Positions 24,985 through 38,560 of a DNA stretch of 64,000 nt are shown one piece after another. How positions within the stretch are numbered: position 1 is the stretch's first letter; every line of letters begins with the position of its first letter. The stretch is from Callorhinchus milii. Taxonomy: Eukaryota. A program made the translations under genes and the position numbers. The stretch lies in NCBI RefSeq assembly GCF_018977255.1, contig NW_024704743.1:13580001-13644000 (forward strand), in the 5' to 3' direction. The notes below the pieces were generated by a model. It had not been told where the DNA came from, ran no database searches, and saw only the letters and a list, made by a program, of their open reading frames with translations.

Positions 24985-26020
24985 GCAAAAACAACAATTT
25001 GCATTTTTATAGTATTCTTTATGGGGGTAGCCTAATGGGGCACTTAACAGTGGTGGAGCTTGACGCCGAGCCAGGGAAAAAGGGGGAGGTGACTGAAGGC
25101 AAGGTCGAAGAGGAAAGTCTTCAGCTGTGATCTGAAGATGGACAAGGGGGGGGGCAAGGGGGAGGGCTTGAGGCAGAGTTCCAGAGTCTTGGGGCATTAG
25201 TGGCTGAAAGTACAGCTGCTGATGGTGAAGCAGAGGGGATAAGGGACGTACAAGAAGCCGGAGCTGGCTGAGCAAAGAGGACAGGTAGAAGAGCGGGTCT
25301 AAGCAGATTGGCGAGGTAGGGAAGTGCTAGGGCATGAAGTGATTTGTAAGCTAGTAGGATCGTAAAATCGATCTGTTCTGCAAAAGGGAGCCAGTAGAGC
25401 ATGGCAAATACTGGGGTGATGGTAGGATCCAATTGATTGGTATTGCAGAACAGCAGGGAAGTTGTGGCCTGAGCTGGGAGGAAATAGTGTCAGTTTCAAA
25501 GTTTCACTCCAGAAGTACAATTTAAGTTATTTTTACATGGTAAATTAAGAAAGCCATCTTGATCTCAGAAATATTTTCTGCCAATCCAGTCATACTATTT
25601 AACACCTTGACTAGCAAAAGCTACAATGCAGCTAGAGGGTGGAAGAAGGGGAAAGGAGCTTTGGGAACAAAAATGGTAATTTGTAATTTAGTTTTGTTAG
25701 AGTACATAAGCACACTTTTAGAAGGTAAACCATTTTTAAAATCTTGAAATTATAGCTTTTAGTAAGCACAAAGAGGAAGGTCTTCAGTCGTGATCTAAAA
25801 TAGGGGAAGGAGGGGGCAAGGCGGAGGGATTAAGTGAGAGATTCAAAGCTTCGGGGCAAAGTGGCTGAAAGTGCGGCTGCCGATGGTGGAGAGGAGGAGG
25901 GACAAACATGAGGCTAAAGCCAGCTGAACGGAGGCAGCAGGTAGTGGAGTGGGGAGAAAGGTAGGGAGGTGCCAGGGCGTGATGGGATTTGTAGACGAGA
26001 GAGATCTTGAAATCAAAACT
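24985..26020 (-). mobile_element. Two old L2 3' fragments (24985-25460, 25780-26020)
   Basis: LYWLP..IDF..LLAYKSLH and FKI..VYKS..LAPPYL remnants. Confidence 0.7.
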
Positions 26021-27461
26021 TTCACACCTAGCCTTATCTGGAAGAGTCTCATTCACATGGAATTTAGGGTATAGCAAAGACCAGTTCAGCAAGTCCCAAG
26101 AGTGGGCTACTTGCCAATTTAGAAAAAGAGTTGCTAGAATTTATAAAACTAGTTCTCCATAAGGGTCTAATTTCTCTAAGACATCGTATTTGAATTTTAG
26201 ATCAATGCAGCTTGAATTCTCCTCTCTACAGTAAGATGAAAGACTGCAATGGTATGCAGACCTAGGTACTGATGTATGAGGTGCTTTTGTAACTGAATTT
26301 ACCAGCTTAATAGTCTGTCAGTGGTGCTGATATGGGGATACCAAGAGAGATGCGTTTGAGGAAGGGGAGGGAAACAAGTGAACATTTTCAGATCCCCCCC
26401 ACCCATCCCCCGGCCCGGTCGTCTGACTTGTTGTATGCCTATTTCAAAATTGTTTTTCTTCCATGGACAGCTGGTGTGATTTGCTGCTGCTCTCCTCAAG
26501 GTTGGTTGTTTTGCTATCCGCAACTATTGCATTCTATGGTCGCTTCAATTGAAGATCGTCTTCAATTGATGACAGCAATGAGCTTCAAGTTCTGCATTGC
26601 CTGTTGTGTGGAGTTTCTAATTACTGAGTCATTGTTCTCTTGTCACCAACTGAATAGCTTAAATCTTAATTCCAAATCATGGCAAGAAAGACTGAAGTGC
26701 TGGAAAATTGTTTTCCCAAACTGAATCTTAAAGTGTTTACATCACAGATGGCTACTGTCCCAATTGTGTCTGTGAGGGAGCTATCTACTCTAATCCCACT
26801 CCGCTGACCAGTACATTAAGACATATGATCAGAAATTCTCGGTGTATACTGAATTAGTTAATCTCACAGTACTGCAGTCTGGGCCAATACAATGGTCTGT
26901 CTCCGTGCTCCTGGGTTGGTTGCGAGCAGGGAGAGGAGGAGAAAGTCAGCCACGGTTACACTCCTAATAATTATCCAGTGAACCCAGCTGCTAAATGCAC
27001 ATAGGTGGATGTTGGACAAGTGCAGGATTGGCCTGAACTGTGATACTTTACACAGTTGAATTGCCCATCAACAATCACTGCTTTGGGGCACACATGATGA
27101 ATATGCAACTGTGCCTCAGCAAAATAACTTTCAGAAACATGGGGGAAACAATTAGCAAAACAAAAGTTCCTACAGTTTCTTGACATAAAATAGCAGTTAT
27201 ACCGAGCCTTAGAAAACTAACAAAAAAGTGTAATCTTGATGGTAGTAACAAAAGATCTAACGATATCTACACGGTTCATGCAAAAGTACAGTAACAAGAT
27301 TTACTCTCACTATTTCTCCCTCCTCTTCACCAGCATATTGCCAGGTTAAAAAAGCACTTCCTGAACTATTGTTGGAAAAAATACATTTCATTTTAATGAC
27401 AACAATTACAACAATTTTAAAAGCAGGTTTAAGGTACATACTGTTAAAGATATTGTCTTAC

Positions 27462-27484
27462 CGGTAGATCTGTGAAAGCGATGC
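27462..27484 (-). CDS. RANBP9: RANBP9 exon 5, 23-nt microexon (GIAFTDLP)
   Basis: TCACAG|GCATCGCTTTCACAGATCTACCG|GTAAG; bridges phase 1 to phase 0 exactly between exons 4 and 6. Confidence 0.94.
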
Positions 27485-28254
27485 CTGTGACAAAAAGAAA
27501 TGTGCAATATGAGAAACGACTGTTTGCATGTTACCTCTTTAGAATTTTGAAAGCTTCACAAATCACAAGCACTGCAAGCAGATCTCTCGCATGGAAAAAT
27601 ACTTGATATTCCTGCTGCTACATGCACATCATTCTGCAGTTCACTGCGTTAGTAGCCCATCAACATAAATAGACATTTTCAATTGTTAATTCTAATCGCA
27701 AGATTTAAAAACAAAGATCACAAAACAACAAAAGTACTAAGAGATCTCAGTTATCTAGCAACAGTATTAGTTGGTTGGTTACTCAAAATCTAACTGCTCG
27801 CAAAAATGTTAAACCTTTTCGGTGATTGTGAATATTTGAGAATGGTTTAGGCCAGTAGTGACCAAGCTTTATGGTTGGCCAACAAAATAAATTAGAAACT
27901 CACTACTCTAGTGCCCAAGTATAAAGAATTACATTTACATAAAATGCTAGATACTAAAAGCAGAATTGTTGTCAGAATGTAGTGAATGAACTGAATCACA
28001 GATATCTCATTAAACACAAATATCAACAAAACATATACCCAAACAGTTCAAAATGGAAACCACTATCTGCAATGAGTGTTGCCTTAAGGTCTGTATAAAT
28101 GTCATAATCCCAATGGATTATTCCCTGAACAATGTGCAGTGTCCAAAACAGCATTGCCTTAACCTCACTGCATTGCCAAGAAAAAAANGGGAGAATAATT
28201 GGCCACATATAATGCAATAGATTACATGTTATATTAATGGAAGCAGATGCATCT

Positions 28255-28870
28255 TCAACCTCTGATTTTAAGGTTGTGACCCCTGGTTTTAGTTTCTCCA
28301 ACCAGGGGAAACAATCTCCCACTATCTACTCTATCATGCCCTTTGATGATCTTATAGGTTTCTATAAGATCCCCTCTAATTCTTCTATATTCTAGAGAAT
28401 ATAGGCCCAAATTGGTCAGCCTATCCTCGTAACTCATTCTCTTCATCCCTGGTACTAACCCAGTAAATCTACGCTGCACCCCCTCCGAGGCAAGTACATC
28501 CTTCCTTAAATGAGGGGACAAAAACTGGACACAGTATTCCAGGTGTGGTCTCACCAGGGCCCTATACAGTTGCAGCAAGACTTCCCTACTCTTATACTCT
28601 AATCCTTTCATAATGAATGCTAACATACCGTTCGCCTTCCTAATTTCTTGCTGTACCTGCAGACTAACTTTCTGTGATTGGTGTCCAAGGACACCCAAGT
28701 CCCTCTGGACGCTAACACATTCCAATCTCTCCCCTTCTGAAAAATAACCCGCTCTACTGTTTTTGCTACATAGGTGGATGAATTCGCACTTCCCTACATT
28801 ATACTTCATCTGCCACTTACCTGCCCAATCACCTAACCTATCTAAATCTCGCTGCATTTTTTAATGTCGA
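28255..28870 (-). mobile_element. CR1 ORF2 C-terminal fragment
   Basis: ORF 28255..28857 ([47 protein letters not shown]). Confidence 0.93.
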
Positions 28871-29599
28871 TGGGTTTTAGTTCAATGAGCTTTAGTTCAA
28901 TGGGCTCTAAACCAGGCTTCAAGATGACTGCAATAAAAGTGAAATATTCAACAGATCCAGCTGTTTTGCTTTAGCCTATTGAAAAAATATTAGCTAGGCT
29001 AGCTCATTTTTTGGAAACCATTACTCCAAGTTGACCCAGGGAAAAGAGGTGGTGGCAGCTTTTCTTAATCTAAGGATTAATTAATTGTATAAAACTCTCC
29101 AAATATTAATAATATACCCAGTTCAGTAATGGACCCACCACATATACGGTTTATGTAAGTAACAGAAGATTCAGCGTATTCTATATATAATATATATATA
29201 GAATTCAGTATATTCTGTGAAGCGCTTTGAGATGACTCATAACGTGATAAGGCGTTATATCACACGTCTTCCTCTTGCAAATTAATCTGCCTAATCTCTG
29301 TGCTAAAGTATCAGGCCCTTATTTGGCAGGAGACAAATACAGGAATTTATTTTTGTACCCTGATAAACTACATGGCTTAAATTTCCTGTTTTGGGGCTTT
29401 AATAACGTCTGCATTCTAGTGCACTTTCTAATTGCCATAAAATAACATGGTCCAAAACCCAGCAATGGGTCCTGAGAGTTTTCTTCAGGGCCTTTGTATC
29501 CATCTCCCGAGGATCATTTGAAGCAAAAATCACTACAAGAGCTACATGACAATGTAGTAGACTTACATGAGGATATTTATGCACTATACTCAAATGTAT

Positions 29600-29982
29600 A
29601 GCTACACATCTAGGCTTGAATATGCCAAATCCCTGCTTGTTGGCCTTCCAAACCTCTACAAGCTGCAGATCATCCAGAACTCTTCAGCTTGTGTCCTCTC
29701 CCGCACCACTGGCTCCAATATCTCAGAGGATAGAGTTCAAAATCATCATCCTCACCTTCAAGGATCTCCACGTCCTTTCCCCTTCCTACCTCTGTGACCC
29801 GCTAACCCATTATCAACCTGTCCATTTCCTCCACTCAGCCTGCATGACGTCCTCTACACGGCCCGCCCCACGGCTCGTGGTTGGGCCTTCAGCCTCTCTT
29901 CCTCTACCCTGACTGTCTAGTGCCTGGGACATCCTCCCAATGTGAAACGCGCTTTACAAATGTAATTTTGTATTGTGTTGTA
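29600..29982 (+). mobile_element. L2 3' fragment
   Basis: TSRLEYAKSLLVGLP, KLQIIQNS and RIEFKI remnants plus tail. Confidence 0.8.
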
Positions 29983-31175
29983 TTACTTGAACATGTGGTG
30001 CTCTGTATTTACACAAAATCGTCCACCCATCTATTTTCAGACCATTTCCCGCCCCTCCCAACACTCAACATAAGGACGAATGTTAGATTGACACTAGCAG
30101 AAATAATGAAATTTAGGTCTAGAGGAACAAGACATATGGAGAACTGGGCATCTGTAACAATGAACTCCCGCAGTTCAGAATGCAACCAGAGCTCCTAAGA
30201 ATCTTACATTGATAACCACTCAGGTCCTGTCCTTCAATCCCGAGATAAAGGGGTTTACTCTCAGTCTCTCTCCCTGGAAAATTGTGGAATGCCAACATAT
30301 ATACACAACCCACAAAAACATTGTCTTCAGTTTGAGAGTAAAGTCACAAATGAGGAAGTTCAGAAAGGATTTGTAAAACTCATGCCAACTAGCAACAAAA
30401 GATTTAAACACTACCGAGGACTGAAAGATTTCTTTCTAGAATAAATACAGTTAACTCACTCCAGAATAGGGAGGAGTGACAAAGGATTAAAATGTTTGGG
30501 GATTATTTCCCACTGGCTCGATAGCTGTCAAAACACGGTCTTTATATAATAATGGGAAAATTCCATTCTGAAAGAATGCCAAAATTCCACTAAAAGAATG
30601 TGCTAAGTTTGCCATGTTTAACAAAAGTGGAAAAACGGAATTCTGGCTTTTATTCCCTCCACACTGTTTCTCGTGCTTAAGTCATTTGCGTGATGCGCTT
30701 TGAAGCATCCTCTCAATGTGAAAGGTGTTAAATAAATGTAAAATGTTGTTGCTCCCATTTGAAGGAGTGCAATACCACGGAAAATACTACTCAAATGTGA
30801 TTCTCCCCCAATCTTGGGTGAAGCTCTTCGAGACATCCTCTCGATATGAAAGACCCTATAAAAATGTAAATTATTGCTGTTGACTGCATAAAAGCACTCT
30901 CTAGTCTTCCAATGTTTCTCTCTCCAAAAAACTAGCTTCACTTCCAGCCATGGTGCAGAACCATTATGATAATACACTAAAAGAAAAATCTAAATATCCT
31001 TGGACAACATTTAACTTTTTACCTGAACTGCACTAAAGTACAAATGAAAGTGCTTTTCTCAACATAACTAATTAGTTTACATTTTTGTTTTGATTTAAAG
31101 GTGAAAAAAGAATCACCAGCCTCACCTTTAATTCAACATACACCTTTCCAAAACATAGTGGTTTTATCAACTTTA

Positions 31176-31388
<213 letters not shown>

Positions 31389-33007
31389 TTAAGACGTCTT
31401 TATTTATTGTTTCCACTCAATATGGTTTTAGAATAAAATGCATTGATTACTTGCTGTACAACTTGAAATGTAGCATTACATCCAATTCCAAATCAATGAG
31501 GTTTGGATTGTTAGTTAAACTGCAAAACATATTGCATCTCTTTAAATAGGAGGAAACTAAGCGTGGGCCCAGGCAATTAATTATAACTTGTAGTGGAGTC
31601 TCATTATAAGATAATTCTTTTCCAACCCATGGTTGGTTTTGGTACACAGTGCGATAAAAAATGGTCAATTGGTCAACTTCAGGATCATTGGGTTCCCACT
31701 GATACTTCCTGTGTGTTGCACATGTACAACATGTGTAGAAAGTGTCCTGATAACCAGGAATTTAGCCACTTTTTAGTGTAAGAGGCCAATCAGTTTTCTT
31801 TCTGCATGTGCAGTATCGTCATCAGTGATGTGATCAGGGACATCACAATGTGGAAGTGTTGATCTCAATCGTGCCCCATTATAAGGGGCAGTGGGGGAGG
31901 GAGTGGGGAGCGAGGGGGGAGTTTTATGGATCTCAGCATTCCCATCACAAAAACTGCTACTACCATACATTTTTTCTGATGATTTTATTGGATAACAAAT
32001 TTCAGTCAACTCCATATTTGTAATCAACAGTATGATCTGAGCTCGGGAGGTAACTCAACATTATATGGCTTGAAACAACACTCATTGTAAGGACACCATG
32101 TTCCCCTTGGCATGTACAGTAAGATCCAAAATGTCACACCACTGTTTTAAGAAATAAAACAATATCTAAATCAATCAAAATCACATTGATACACTCCATG
32201 AAACTACTACATTATATTCCACAGAAACAACCCACCTCAGTGTTTATTCAGTATACAGGAGCCACGTAATATCTCATAACCTTATTAAAGTAGATCACTG
32301 TAAATACACTGTATTTTGAAATAAATTCAGCACATTAAAAAAAACTTTTTTTTTAACAGATCAAGCTAACCCCAGTTTTGGCAGAAAGTTGACCACTATA
32401 GAGAGGTCAGTAACACTTGTTATGAAATTAAACTTTAAAAAATCTCCCAATTATATGCCATATTTTAAAAGCTACAAAATGCTTTATTTGATCCAAACAG
32501 AAACCATATTTTTTAAAAACTTACAATCATAACTCCCTAAGCATGTCAAAACAATTTCAAACTGATACACTGACCCTCAACCAAGCCAGTCTCACTACTA
32601 AGCTAATTGTAGCCTTGACTGAACTGTACACCACTGGGGAAATTGGGTCAGCAGAAATGTGTGCATCCCTCTTCTCTTAGCTGACTCGTACCCCAAAGGG
32701 TAACCCTAGCAGAGAAACAGGAGTGCTTCAGGACTTTCATTAAATATGATTTCTAAAAATAAGGAAAATAGATTTTCCAAAATGTAAACTTGGCAGATTT
32801 TACCATCAGGCGTTAGCAGTGTCATATTAAAGCACTCTATTCAACAGCAAAAGGTGGATTTGACAGATTCTGCTTCAATTAAATCATAAATGATTAACTA
32901 GAGCTTAACTTTAATATACATTCTATTATACATACTTGATTGGCAATTTATTTGAATGTATTATATGAATCAATACTTTGCTTCAATCTATAACACGAAA
33001 CACCTAC

Positions 33008-33060
33008 CTGGCAGTCTGTTCATGTTGACACCTTGAGCAGACAGCCCAATGCCCATGTAC
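33008..33060 (-). CDS. RANBP9: RANBP9 exon 3 (YMGIGLSAQGVNMNRLP), SPRY
   Basis: 53 nt, read manually (not in ORF track); acceptor TTACAG|G, donor CAG|GTAGG. Confidence 0.96.
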
Positions 33061-33834
33061 CTGTAACAATACCAGTCTTTAAGCTGCTGTGTTCAATGGT
33101 TTGTTAGTCAACAGAAGCTGATCAACAAACTTCAAAAAAGTCTCCCACACAATGCTCCAAGCAATTTGAAATATTTCATATACATCATTACTAAATTGAA
33201 TCTAGATTTACTTCCTGAAATGACTCCAGTATGTTTCAGTTATGTCAATCGGCTGCCACTAACCGCAGCAGCTTTGCAATATAAACAAAGCTAACCTGTT
33301 GACTCCACCAGTGGTTACCACTGAGATGGTTAATACCAAGGCAAATCTCTAGCCAACCTGCAGAGGTGGATCACCGAGGTAAGCAGGGCACTTTGCTGGC
33401 GCAGCCACGAGGAGACAAACACCACCATTCAGTACACAGAATGCCTTATGTTTCTGTGGCTGGCTGCCATTTTTTTTATATTCAAGGGTCAGACTAAACT
33501 GTCAGCAGTGCATTACTGGCCTCTACAGACCTTCAACCAAGATGCTTCTACGGATCCTTCACCCAAGGCTGCTGGTACAGAGAAAATTAATCTTGGAAAG
33601 AAGTGCACATCCATAAACTCGTGTATGTGCAGCTCCTTTATGTTATGGCTGGTGTTTTAGATTTCATCTTGCAAAATAAGTGGGCAGGATCCCAGCACTA
33701 ACTGCCAAACTGGTTCAAATCTAAACACTGTCACAGCTCCAAGAGTCCAACAGAATGGGAATATCCTGCTGCATAGAGGAGGTGTTGATAGGGGGAAGAG
33801 AAACCACTCACCTTTTGGAGCAAATCAGAAAATC

Positions 33835-34150
33835 ACTTTTTTCACTATAACAGAAAACAGTTAAGAGGAATCCAGATAGAGGTGTTAAAAAATGATGAGG
33901 GGTTTCGATAAAGTAAAAAGGAAGAAATTTGTTCCACTGGTTAACGAGTCGGTAAGTAATGAGCAAAAATTAAAGATCATTCCCATAAATTAAAAAAAAC
34001 AGGGATATTAGGACACAACGTCCTCCCATAGGTTGAAGCATAATCCATACAGCTATCGAAAAGGTATTAGACAAATATCTGAAAAAATAGTATAAAAGGG
34101 TATGGGAAAAGGGTAGGCGAATGGGACAAAATGGATAGCTCTTTCAAAAG
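33835..34150 (+). mobile_element. Heavily degraded CR1 3' end
   Basis: Resembles RLRGDLIEVFKMMRGFD...; ends GGATAGCTCTTTCAAAAG like other CR1 tails here. Confidence 0.55.
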
Positions 34151-34384
34151 CAATAGAAGCTGTAAAATTATTTTCTAAGAAATCATCAGTTGCTAATGTG
34201 CTGCAGATGGGCCAATTGGTTGACACCCAAATACATGACGGAGCACATCCTTCACTTATCTCAACTATCTTCAGTCAAGTTCTAACACACCTTTTAGAAA
34301 ATTATATTTAAAAAGTCTGATTAAATATATGTGGTGTGTATGAATAATACATATTAGCAGGGAAGCAGGTTTTATATTTCTTAC

Positions 34385-34496
34385 CCATCTCTTCCTTTAC
34401 TCACAATCTTCACCTCAAAGTAGTAAATGCCACAAGCAGCAGGTATAGGATAAGTGGCGCGGACTGAGGCTGCATCTTTAGGTGTTTTACCGTGTC
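34385..34496 (-). CDS. RANBP9: RANBP9 exon 2 ([38 protein letters not shown]), SPRY
   Basis: 112 nt; acceptor TTTCAG|GA, donor GG|GTAAG. Confidence 0.97.
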
Positions 34497-34689
34497 CTGA
34501 AAATAGAGAAATATGGGGGTAAAACAAACCTGTGAAACATGAGAAATTATATTCTAGTAAATGGGTCACAGCAATTAAACAAATACACATGTGAAAAGAC
34601 AACAGATTTGCAAATTCCGTTTGAAAGAATGAGAATCCACATTCTTAATCCTTTATTCATTCCTATTAAGTCATGCTTTTAAAACCCCC

Positions 34690-35085
34690 CAAAAATCCTT
34701 ACATTTCACATCAGGAGGAATCTCTAAGTACTTCACACAATTCACTGTAAAATGACTGTAATTTGAACACAGCAATGTCCCACAAAGACCCAGGAAATGA
34801 ATGACCAATTTAATCTGAAAGATTGTTGGCCAGGACACTGGGAGAAATTCACTTTGTTTCTCAATTCGAATAGTGGCATAGGATCTTTAATATCCATCTG
34901 AACAGATGGGACGTCGGTTTGTTGTCTCATTCAAAGGACAGCACCTCCAATAGTGCAGCACCTGCCCAACAATGCATTGAAGCATCAGCCTAGACTGTGC
35001 AAATTCAACGTCCTAACATAGGTTAAACCAACAACCTTCTTACTCAAAGGCGAGAGTGATACCAACTGAGTCAGACTGACACCTA
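34690..35085 (-). mobile_element. Older DeuSINE-type copy
   Basis: GGACAGCACCTCCAATAGTGCAGCAC core; head AACCTTCTTACTCAAAGGCGAGAGTGATACCAACTGAG. Confidence 0.65.
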
Positions 35086-35942
35086 AAAATATGGACAAGA
35101 TATTTCAACGTAGACGATGTTGCAGGAAACACATTTATAGTGCAGCAAATATGGTTGAATCGAACTACCAGCCCTCAAATACCACATTGTTATTGAATTA
35201 CACTTGAACTAGTAGCATTAAATGTACACGGTGTGCAGATTGATCACTGACCCTGCTTAAGAGTTAAAAATGTGTGAAAAACATACCGTATTTTAATTTG
35301 GTCAGCCAGGTGTTTGGCACACGTGAAAACTTGCTTTAGAGTATCCAAACTGAATAGAGTGCCACATGTGTATGCCAGATACATGGAAATTTCCCCATAT
35401 CTGGAATTCAATGCACCCTCTCTCCCTAGAGAAATGCAGCCTGCTTACCTGATTTCAGAGAGTATTAAGTTGGTGATGGCCAAGACTTGAGAACACAAGA
35501 GTGTGTTGTGGTACTGCTGTAGTTCAACCAGCTAAAAACACAGCAAGCCATTGAAAACACTGGCAAGCTTCCCAGTGCTTGGCTAGCTAGTTCCACCCAT
35601 TAGTTCTTTGGTTTGTAGGATTAACAGTTGTTGCTGAGTGGGAAGAATCCATGTTCCTAGTGACTGGACTGCTCCTCCACGTTCTGCCAATGAGCCAAGC
35701 TGGCCTTGTCCGCCACTGTTCAGCGCTTTGGGACGTTCTCCCAATGTGAAAGGCGCTTTATAAATGTAATTTTGTATTGCATTATATTAGCAGTACTCTG
35801 GAATACTACAGAATACTTGGGTCAGGAACCAGACCACTGAGACCACCACGGAAGACTGACTCAATTCTAACATTCTGTTGCCAGGCACATCAGCTTTGAG
35901 CCAGATCAGTTTCAAAGATACCTCACTGACTTCCCCTACCTT

Positions 35943-36250
35943 ATAATAATAATAATCCTTGCATTTGATATAGCGCTTTTCACAGCTTCTGGATGCCTCA
36001 AAGCATTTCACAGAATAAACTGTAAAATGAATTGACTGTATATTTGTGGCGAAACACGGCAGCCAATTGTGCACAGCAGTGTCCCACAAACAGTTGCGGA
36101 CTGAAGTGATCAATTTATTATTTTTTTTGAGGGATTATTATCAGACGTGTGGAGTAAGGAAACTTGCCCAAGGTTTCACCCTGCCGGGAATCAAACCCAG
36201 GTCTCTTGCTTGTGAGGCGAGTACTCTAACCACTGAGCTACAGGACTCCA
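35943..36250 (-). mobile_element. Full-length SINE, same family
   Basis: Head, core and tail all recognisable. Confidence 0.9.
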
Positions 36251-36479
36251 CAAGGAGAACAGTCACTAATTGGTCATTTAACATCCATCAACAGCAGGTT
36301 TGACCCATCACTGGGTAGAAGCAGGTATCAGAAACTCTCTACTTCCTGGTGAGTAGCACAACTCAGCACAAAATGTACATTGCGCCATCCTCCTGCCCAC
36401 AACTTGAAAACAGAACTTTACCCATTAAGCGATGGTAATGCTAGTTGGAGATGCAGAGCTTGCACAGCAGCTGCGTAGT

Positions 36480-36835
36480 TCACATTGAGGCTGACACTTC
36501 AATGTAGTGATGGGGGGGTTCACTGTATTGTTGGAGATGCACTGCATTGTTGGAGGTTTCATCCTTTGGATGAGACATTAAACTAAAGTTGACGTAAAGA
36601 TCTCATTTCACTATTCAAAAAGAGAAGGGAGTTTCCCAGTGTCATGGACAACAATCCTCCACATAAAATGGTCACTCACTTCACAGCTGTTTGTGGAACA
36701 TTGCTGTGTACAAATTGACCTCTACATTTGCCTACAAATATACCGTCATTCTACTTTACATTAAATCCTGTGAAGTGCTTTGAGATATTTCGACCATGTG
36801 ATTAAGTGCTTTAATCAAATGAAAGGATTATTATT
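36480..36835 (+). mobile_element. Older DeuSINE-type copy
   Basis: Duplicated CACTGYATTGTTGGAG core and family tail. Confidence 0.6.
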
Positions 36836-38108
36836 CAAGTAGAATTTGCCATTAAAGATACTAAAATACAATGATGATCCCACATAATGAAATTTTATTC
36901 TGGGCTTATTAGAAAATGCTTTTTTCAAAGTGTGAGCAGCATCTGCATTTAAAATGTATAGGCATTTTAATTCAGATACGACTAGGACAAATAATTGCTT
37001 CAAAATAGTTTTTTTTACATATACTGTAGCAATTTATTTTGGACCGGTTAGCACACAAAGTAGGGTTACTTTGCTCTGGAGGTGTGTCGCAAGAATTCAC
37101 ATTTCTAGACAGGAAGAATGTTACCACATTGGGTACATTACACAGCTTTGAGGTTTGAACAGGCAAAAGCAATGGAAAAAATGTGAATTGTCACATTTTT
37201 TCAACAGTCACCCTTGTTGTAAAAACTTTCATACTAAACCCTATTTATTGGTACCTACACCTCTTGCAAGTTCATTTTATTATCATACTGTGAATCACGC
37301 ATTTGAACATCCAGGGTGGGCCACCCATCTTAAGAATATCCTAAAGTGGTTTTGAACATCTTAAACCATCATAATATACTGGTGCTGATAACAACAAACA
37401 CACAAACTTTGAGCTCAAAGTAACAAACTTTAGTGATGAAGCTCACATTACAGTGCAAAAGTATAGCTAGAACCTCAACAAAAGGAACAGTAGTTGGGAA
37501 GAAAGCACTTATGCTGTAAAAATCCTATTAACAACAACAAAATTACATTTGTAAAGTGCCTTTCACATCGGGATTACGTCCCAGGACGCTGAACAGTCAG
37601 GGATCAGGAACCGAGCATGGGGATTAAGGCTTTAGCATGCAGGGATGAGGACACATAAGGATGTGCATCTCCACTGCAGACATCATCCAAGCCAGTGAAG
37701 CTTCACTGAGCCACCTTTACATTTTACTCATGAGAAAGACACTGAGCATCTCGTCACAAAACTGCATAATTTGGTTTATAATCATATTTACTAACGGTGA
37801 ATATTTTGGTGCACATGACAATACACATCAGATTGGTGGGGCCACAAAGCTATTTTGTTGCTACAATGCAGGATTGCCACCACACTGCACCACACGGATT
37901 AAATGTACAATGATGATGTCATTCTCAGATCAGAGGCTCTGAAGGATATAGGTTAAATATGCAATACCATAATGTGTTTACGTGCAGTTCAAGGGTGTAA
38001 CACAATATCAGAGCTCTTATGACTTATCAATTGCTAAAGTATTATTTTCATAAGGTGTCATCTGACCCCTTAATTGTCATTACACACTTGAAATAATCTA
38101 CTTGTTAT

Positions 38109-38560
38109 CATAGAACCACAGAATTATACAGCACAGAAGGAGGCCATTCGGCCCATCGTGTCTGTGCCGGCTCTTTGAAAAGAGCTATTCAATTCAATTC
38201 CACTCCCCTGTGCTCTCCCCATAGCCCTGCAAACTTGTCCTCCCCAAATAATTATCTATTTCTCTCTTAAAAGTTGTTCGTGAATTGGCTTCCGCCACCC
38301 TTTCAGACAATGCATTCGAGATCCGAACAACCTGCTGTGTGATATCAACACTGGCCTGGTTCACACCCCCACCTACTCACCCCCACCACCCAACACCTGG
38401 CCTTTCAGCCTGTCTGCCTCCACTCCATCCAGGAATCCCTTCCCTCGCCTCCTTAAAGGTCCGTTTCAAAACATTCCTCATTGACCGAGCCTTCAGTCAT
38501 CTTCCCACTCCCACCCCTTTGGCCCCACCCCTCCCAAATCCAAACCCCAATTTGGGTGCA
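38109..38560. mobile_element. CR1 3' tail (-, 38109-38340) joined to an L2 fragment (+, 38380-38560)
   Basis: CACAGAAGGAGGCCATTCGGCCCATCGTGTCTGTGCCGGCTC matches the CR1 tail at 16640-16700; SLASLKVRFKTFLIDRAF follows. Confidence 0.8.
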
